Positions 56,733-64,000 of a stretch of DNA of 64,000 nt are shown piece after piece. The stretch covers positions 378,634,001-378,698,000 of the forward strand of contig OZ024740.1 in the NCBI GenBank assembly GCA_964016885.1. Reading direction: 5' to 3'. The first letter of the stretch is position 1, and each line of letters begins with the position of its first letter. Below the pieces are notes generated by a model, which saw nothing but the letters and a program-made list of their open reading frames with translations, ran no database searches and was not told the origin of the DNA. This stretch comes from Eledone cirrhosa (taxonomy: Eukaryota). The position numbers and the translations under genes were made by a program.

Positions 56733-57730
56733 GTGATAAAGAACACAAGAGCGTCTACAACATCAAAAGATTTTTATTGGCTTACAATGTTTCTTCCTTA
56801 CGTAACCGTAGGATTCGTCAGAGCTATAAAAGGGGTTTGATTGGTGAGCAAAAGCAGGGGACGATAAGTCTAATTTTGGTGCGGGAAGGTGGGGTTTGGG
56901 TCCTTGTTTACTAGCTGTGGTCATATTCATTCCCGGGAGTCGAGTGGTTAGTTGAGCCATAGATGGGGTGGCGTCGATAGTAGGGTGCAGAGGGTGTGCA
57001 GAGGCTACACACACACAAAGGGCATACAATATATATATAACGGAGGAGAACGTACATGAGGTAATTAGAAATGGAAAAAGAGTAATAATAATAATCTATA
57101 ATTAATAATGTATAATAAGGCATGGGGAAGATTACACTATAATAAGGTATAAAAGTAAGAATAAGGTAAAATATAAAGGAGGATAAAAGTGAAAATAAGA
57201 ATAAAGATAAAAAAATATATATATATAAATAAAAAAATATATAGAGAATATATAAAGAAATATAAGCAAGTATTAGAAAGGGAAAAACACAATGTAAAAA
57301 AAAACGATTTTTTCAAATAAAAATATTATAAATATGGGGGGAGAAAACGGGATAGAGAAATATAATAGAGAATATAAGATGATAATAGTTAATAATAAGT
57401 AATCTGTATATCAGAGTTACACATCCTTCAATTCACTTGCAGGTTCAACCCACGTGGCATAGTCCATTGTTCATCTGTGCGGTCATGTGCATTTGTTTTT
57501 GACACCACAACAGATGCACAAGTTCGTAAATTCCAATGCAGATAGAAATCTATTTTTGCTCACCCAGACATTGAGTTCAATATGTGTGTGGTGTTATTTT
57601 GGTCGCACAAATCAATCACTTGGTTCAATATTATGGAGTATGGTTTTCTGGTCTTCGTAACAGTGTCAGTGGTTGTATATCTCGAAATCACAAGGATCAC
57701 AGTACTCCGGTTTGGTGTAATTATCGGTTA
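56733..57730 (-). mobile_element. Probable decayed PLE 3' end with pLTR
   Basis: Minus strand PRGLN near 57445-57459 (typical GIY-YIG C-terminus), pyrimidine-rich 3'UTR, HHR and AATAAA; TA flanks. Confidence 0.55.
56780..56824 (-). ncRNA. Minimal type I hammerhead ribozyme
   Basis: GCT-CTGACGA-a-TCCTACG-gtta-CGT(a)AGGA-a-GAAAC-att-GTA-AGC, followed by AATAAA. Confidence 0.7.
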
Positions 57731-57732
57731 AT

Positions 57733-57771
<39 letters not shown>

Positions 57772-58079
57772 CATATATATATATACATATATGTATATAC
57801 AGACACACACACATATATATATATATATATATCACCTTGATCACCTTGACCGACCAGTCGGCGCCGCTGGTCACAGCACGTCATGCTGTTTTAGCCATAA
57901 GATAACGCCATCCCACTGGCTGGGCGGGCAGGCCGGTACTCATTTCTACAGCTGAGTAAACTGGAGCAACGTGAAATAAAGTGTCTTGCTCAAGGAAACA
58001 ACACATCACCCGGTCCGAGAATTGAACTCACAACCTTTCGATTGCAAGCCCAATGCTCTAAACACTAAGCCATGCGCCT

Positions 58080-58542
<463 letters not shown>

Positions 58543-58601
58543 GACAATTATAAATAAAGAGAAAATAGACAAAATATACGTAACTGGTAAAGGTGGGACA
58601 C

Positions 58602-58635
<34 letters not shown>

Positions 58636-58664
58636 TTATGTATTTATATGTATGTGTATCTTAT

Positions 58665-59436
58665 TGCTCTTTGCCAATCGGGCACTACGATCGGTGGAAA
58701 CTCCACCTAAGCGTTCTGTAGGCTTAGTGGAGGGCAAGAACGACGACGTCCTTGGGGAAACTCTGAGTGTCGACGAAAGCCAACTAGACATTCTCTTCAG
58801 GGGGACTTTCGGTCCATGGCTAATGGACAACTTCCAGACGTTCTTGGTCTGGCAGTGTTACTGGAGAGCATTGCCAGTTCGAAATAAATTTTACAGGCAT
58901 GGAAGTGTCGTCATCCGGGCCTGTCCGTGATGCGTGTGAGGCGACGAGACCGTCCTGCACTCACTCGTCCAGTGTCCCAGCATCGATGACTTGTGGGTCT
59001 ATGCCGAACATTTCCTGTAGCGTGTAGGGCGGATCGGGCTATCAGCCGAGTCCAACGTGAAGATTATCCCACTGCCCTCCTTTAACCTGGAAGTGCAGGC
59101 ATTTTTTATCTGCCTGGTGGCCCTGGTGAAAGGGGTCGTGTGGTGGACGCATCTGAAAGGGTTGAAGACGGGCACTTTCCTCTTCGGTGGCGCACTCATT
59201 AACTTTTTTAGGTTTCACCTAATAAGAAAAATGAGGGGGGAGAGCGAAGTGCTGCCTTCCAACCAGTTTGTTGAAAGGTGGGTGAGAGAGGCAAGAATGG
59301 TCCGTGTAAAAGGGCCTGCTCTGAGTGTGTGCCTGTAGTATAGTATGAGGAAAACTGGGAGAGGTCTCTTGCCCTAGCGGTCAGGCTGACCGTGGCTTTT
59401 GTGGGCCTTTTGTGACCCTTTGTGGTTAAAAAAAAA
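58665..59436 (+). mobile_element. 3' end of Tx1-like LINE ORF2 (C-terminal CCHC region, 3'UTR, A tail)
   Basis: RACP*CV*GDETVLHSLVQCP, VKGVVWW, FVERWV; ends GTTAAAAAAAAA. Confidence 0.72.
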
Positions 59437-59455
59437 TCATTATTATTATTATTAT

Positions 59456-59856
59456 TGGTGGTTTGGCAGTATCGGTAGAGCGTCATACACCATACTTTGC
59501 AGCAGAATTATGGCCCTTTACGTTATGAGTTCAAATCCCGCCGAGGTTAACTTTGCCTTTCATCCTTACGGGGTCGATAAAATAAAGTACCAGTAACGTA
59601 CTGACGTCGATTTAATCGACTCCCCCCCCCAAAATTACTGGCCTTGTGCCTATACTAGAAATCATTATTATTGGTGGATTGGCAGTATCGGTAGAGGGTC
59701 GGACGTCATGATTTGACGTATAGAGTTACGGCCCTTTCCATTCTGAGTTCAAATCCCGCCGAGGTCAACTTTGCCTTTCATCCTTACGGGGTCGATAAAA
59801 TAAAGTACTAGTAATGTACTGGGTAATTGCTGGCCTCGTGCCAAAAGTAGAAACAT
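59456..59856 (+). mobile_element. Two tandem SINE A copies followed by (TTC)n(TTA)n
   Basis: SINE motifs at 59456-59670 and 59672-59856. Confidence 0.88.
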
Positions 59857-59866
59857 TCTTCTTCTT

Positions 59867-59951
<85 letters not shown>

Positions 59952-59952
<1 letters not shown>

Positions 59953-62900
59953 AGTTGCATTTATCTTGCTTTATGTTCATACGAGTTATCACCAAGTCCC
60001 AACCAGTGACCTCAAGAGACAACAAGGTCCGCCATGTTCAAGAAAGAACATACATACTCACACATGCATCTTTAGTGTTTAGACTTGTGATGTACCTATA
60101 TTGACAGAATCTTCCTTAGTATATGGGCAGTTCCCATTAGTACTATCTTTTGTATTTCTCCTATACGCGGGTTTCCTGGGATTTGCGATAAGTAATCATT
60201 AGACCCCTTAGGTATCATTCCAAGAGCGCCTACAACCACTGGTATTGTTTTAGTTCTCAATTTCCACATTTTTCCAATTTCTATCTCCAGGTCCTTATAC
60301 TTGCTCAATTTTTCAAATGTTTTTATAGATACATTCTTGTCTATTGGAACAGACATATCAATTAGCAGGCATACCCTCTTTTTAAAGTCCTTCAATATTA
60401 TATCAGGTCTATTTGCATCTATTTTTCGGTCTGTTTGGATGCTAAAGTTCCACAAGATTGAGATGTGATCTTTTTCAATTCTTTTGATGGGGCAGGTCAA
60501 AATGCTTACACATTATCCAATGTATGTATTGTGCAGCTCTGTCATGCCTGTTTAGGTATTCGGTTGGAGCTATAGGACTGCACATTGAAATTATATGGTC
60601 AATGGTCTCTGGTTGTTTTTTGCATACACGGCATAATGGGCTGCATCCATTTTTTATTATGTTGGCTTGGTAATTTTTTGTTGGCAGACACTGATCTTGT
60701 GCTGATATAATCAGTCCTTCAGTCTCCGATTTCAGTCCAGAGGATGCCAACCACTGATGGGTTAAAGTTTTGTCAACATCAGGATTGTTAGCTCGCTCTG
60801 GGTATTTTCCATACAGAGGCTTTTCTTGCCATTTCTTAGCCAGTTTCTGTAGCAGTTCTTTCTTTGCAGTTACTTTTACCTGCTTTGCTTTTTCTGTGTT
60901 TTCCATTTCAGCAGTAAATGGGACTTCTGAAATTTGTAGTCCATTACTGTATCTTTGTGCATCTTTTGTAATGGAATATGATCTTTTGATGCTTTCGTGT
61001 TTCAAAACGAGTTTGATCATCCAATCATGTGATTCCCTTAGATATGTAGATAATCCAATTGTTTCAGTTTTCAACCCAATGTCTAACTGGATTAACCCAC
61101 GTCCCCCTTCTTTCCTAGGGAGATATATTCTATCTATATCTGCCTTAGGGTGATGCATTCTGTGCATGGTTAAGAATTTTCGGATTTTTGTGTCGAGCCT
61201 ACGGATCTCTGTGCTTGACCAGTTGATGACATTGTAACTGTAGGTTACTACTGGTATGGCAAGCGTGTTTATGGCATCGATCCTATTCCTTGCATTCAAT
61301 TCCGTTCTTAAGATTGCTCTTACTCTGCGGTAACATTCCTTCCTTATCCTTTCCCTCATTGTCGAGTGCTTGATTCCGCCTTCTTCACAAACACCTAGAT
61401 ATTTGTAAGTTTTTTCTTGATCAAGTTCTCTTATCACGTTCCCCCGATCAAGATTAATGTCTGAACTCTTCAGCAGCTTTCCTCTGGTGAACGTTGCTTT
61501 GGCGCATTTATCTAGTCCAAACTCCATTTTAATGTCATCACTGAACTGCTCCACAGTGGATAATAGCCCTTGCAATTGTTCATCATTTTTTGCAAATAGT
61601 TTCAGGTCATCCATGTAGAACAAGTGATTAATGGTTTTGTCATAGACTCTATATCCCTGTTTTGTTTCATTGAGCATTTTACTTAATGGTATAAGCGCGA
61701 TGCAGAATAAAAGCGGTGATAAAGAGTCACCCTGAAAAATTCCACAATTAATATTAACTTCTCCAGCTTCCAGTGATTTTGTTTCACTATTCAAAAGGAG
61801 TGTCGTTTCCCATGTCTTCATACTGAATGACAAAAACCTCCTGACAACGGGGGATATTTTGAAAATCTCTAAACATTTTTCAATCCAACTGTGTGGCAAA
61901 CTATCGAATGCTTTTTTATAATCTATCCAAGCAATTGATAGATTTTTGTGTCTATTATGACAATCTTCCAGTATCATTTTGTTAACCAAAAGCTGATCCT
62001 TACAGCCATATGAGCCTCGTTTACACCCTTTCTGCTCAATGGGAAATAGGTCATTTCTTATCAGGTGGTCATATGTATATTCAGTTAGGACTGATGTTAA
62101 AATTTTATACATTGTGGTCAAGCAAGTTATCGGTCTGTAATTTTTGGGATTGTTTGTCTCATCATTCTTCGGAAGCAGGAATGTAATGCCGTTAACTAGC
62201 CATGATGGTATCTTTTCTGGCTCCTTAACTATTTCATTGTAAAGTTGGGCTAACAGTTCATGAGACTCTGTGAAGGCATTTATCCAAAAATTTTGTATTT
62301 TGTCTTTTCCTGGGGATTTCCATTTGCTGGTTTTTCTTAGAGCCAAGCGTTATATTTTCCCATATTTGTTCCTCAAGGTGAGCTGTATCTTTCATTTGTC
62401 TGTCTATCCATGGGGCATGTATGTTATGAACTTTTTCTTCGGCCCAGATCTTTTCCCAGAATTCTTGCACTTCCTCCTTGGGTGGTATTGATTTAGCAGT
62501 TATTGTTGACTTAGAAGTTTCTTTGGTTGTTTTTGAATATATTATTGTCCTTATAGAATCTAGATCGTTTTTCAAAGCGCCTTATACGAGCAGCTTTGGC
62601 CGACACTTTTTGCTTGATTATTTCTATCAGCATGTCTATGTCACTTGTTGATTTTATACTGTACTTTCTTTTCAATTTTCTAAGTTTAGTTTGTTTAACA
62701 TGTTCTCCTACTTTATAGTTTGTTAACATTTCTATGTCAGATCGGAGAAGGTTTATGTGGCGATTGATGTTCTCTTGCCAAGTAGATTTCTTGTGGGAAT
62801 TCCTTTGTTTTTTCATCTTCACTCCACATAAGTGAGTGGTGACTTTAGCCGATGCATAATAGAGATGATTTAAATCAGTAATGTTTAGTTTGTTTGTGAT

Positions 62901-63142
62901 GATAATGTTTTTGAGAATTATGTTAGTCTTGTGTATTATCTTTTGGTTCTGTTTGGAGTTCTGGATCTTAGGGAGGGTGTCTCGTTTCCCCATGTCAGAT
63001 TCTTTCATTTTCATCCATTCGATCATAATTTCATCCTTCAAGTTGGCAAGTTCATTCTCATTCATTTCTTTATCATTTACGATCTCATTATTTTCATTTG
63101 GAGTTTCATCTTGAGCATGCACTCCCTCCACTTTTTCGATCC
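59952..63142 (-). mobile_element. Dong-like RLE LINE inserted in (TAA)n, 5'-truncated, a few frameshifting deletions
   Basis: NYRPITCL, IDYKKAFDS, GIFQGDSLSP, FYMDD, CRVC..ETIDHIISMC, RHD, NRPD..D..K..KY; TTA tracts at both ends. Confidence 0.94.
60475..62346 (-). pseudogene. Dong-like RT/zinc-knuckle ORF segment (623 aa), continued by 60096..60500 (RLE) and preceded by 62258..63131
   Basis: Adjacent frames encode consecutive domains of one ancestral ORF. Confidence 0.88.
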
Positions 63143-63182
63143 TATTATTATTATTATTATTATTATTATTGTTGTTGTTATT

Positions 63183-64000
63183 CCTTGAATCTCAGTCATT
63201 GATGTTGGTTAACTGGAAAGTCCGTTGGATTGAATATCAAGCCACTACCTGCAGCCTCAGATATTCAGGACGTATCGGAGGGTTCTTGCTGTTCCAAGCA
63301 AGCATGCCTTTTGAAGCGTTCCAAAAAGCGTGAAGGGGCCGATTTTCTTTAACCATCCCTGGAAACTTTTGGAGATAGTCCCCAGTGCGCCTATGACAAT
63401 CGGGATCACTTTGACTTCATGGCAGTTCCAAATCCTTTTCACCTCCCACTTTAGGTCCTGGTATCGGTTAATTTTCTCCCTCTCCTTCTCTTGCACTCTC
63501 GTGTCGAACGGGCAGGCCACATCCACAATCAGACACGATCTTTTTTCTTTGTCCACAACCACCAGGTCAGGTCTATTGTGTTCCAGTTTTTTGTCCGTCT
63601 GTATCCTAAAATCCCACAGCACCTTCACCTGATTGTTCTCCATCACCGCCTCTGGCCTATGCTCATACCATTTCTCAGAATGTGGTAAAATGCACAGGTG
63701 CCAGTGGATCACCCTGTCCATCACATCGTGTCTCCAGCCCTTATAGTGGGTCTGGGCTAGGTGTTTACACTCGGACACAATGTGAGCCACAGTCTCCTCT
63801 CTCTCTCCACAGATCCTGCACAGTGGGCTAGCCTCCTCCTTGTAAATATGGTGCTTCAACCACTTCGTTTTGAGGGCCTGCTCCTGCGCAGCCATTAGCA
63901 TTCCTTCTGTAGCCTTTTTGAGGTCTCCTCTTCTCAACCAGTTCCATGTCTGTGGATCTCTAAATTCAGTTTTCTCAAAGAAGGTACTATGAAGGGATTT
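63183..64000 (-). mobile_element. 3' part of a second, distinct Dong-like RLE LINE (runs off the window)
   Basis: AAQEQAL, CRICGEREETVAHIVSEC, RHD, NRPDLVV..D..EKINRY; 3' end abuts (TAA)n at 63143-63182. Confidence 0.92.

Overview
This is a 64-kb, AT-rich, repeat-saturated animal window with no host gene or exon that I can support. The SINE families and microsatellite load look like an octopod cephalopod genome (inference). Nearly all interpretable DNA is transposon-derived: CR1/L2-group LINEs (two apparently identical young copies plus older relics), Naiad- and Neptune-type Penelope-like elements (PLEs), two RTE LINEs that both carry 5' inversions, R4/Dong-type RLE-LINEs, Tx1-like LINE pieces, a Chapaev3-like DNA transposon, Helitrons, a mariner-like MITE and more than 20 SINE copies or fragments. 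Three signals stand out. (i) Many type I hammerhead-ribozyme (HHR)-like motifs can be read by eye, several arranged as head-to-head foldback palindromes, including a perfect 183-bp-arm palindrome at 12014-12380. (ii) A non-coding 711-bp element with 95-bp perfect terminal direct repeats and an internal HHR-like core (retrozyme-like) sits in a TA/GATA array. (iii) Unrelated retroelements are partitioned among specific microsatellites (TA, TAA, CATA, TCTR). The long IY/YI/CV/HT ORFs in the supplied track are microsatellite artefacts. All calls are by eye; family names come from recalled motifs, not database searches.
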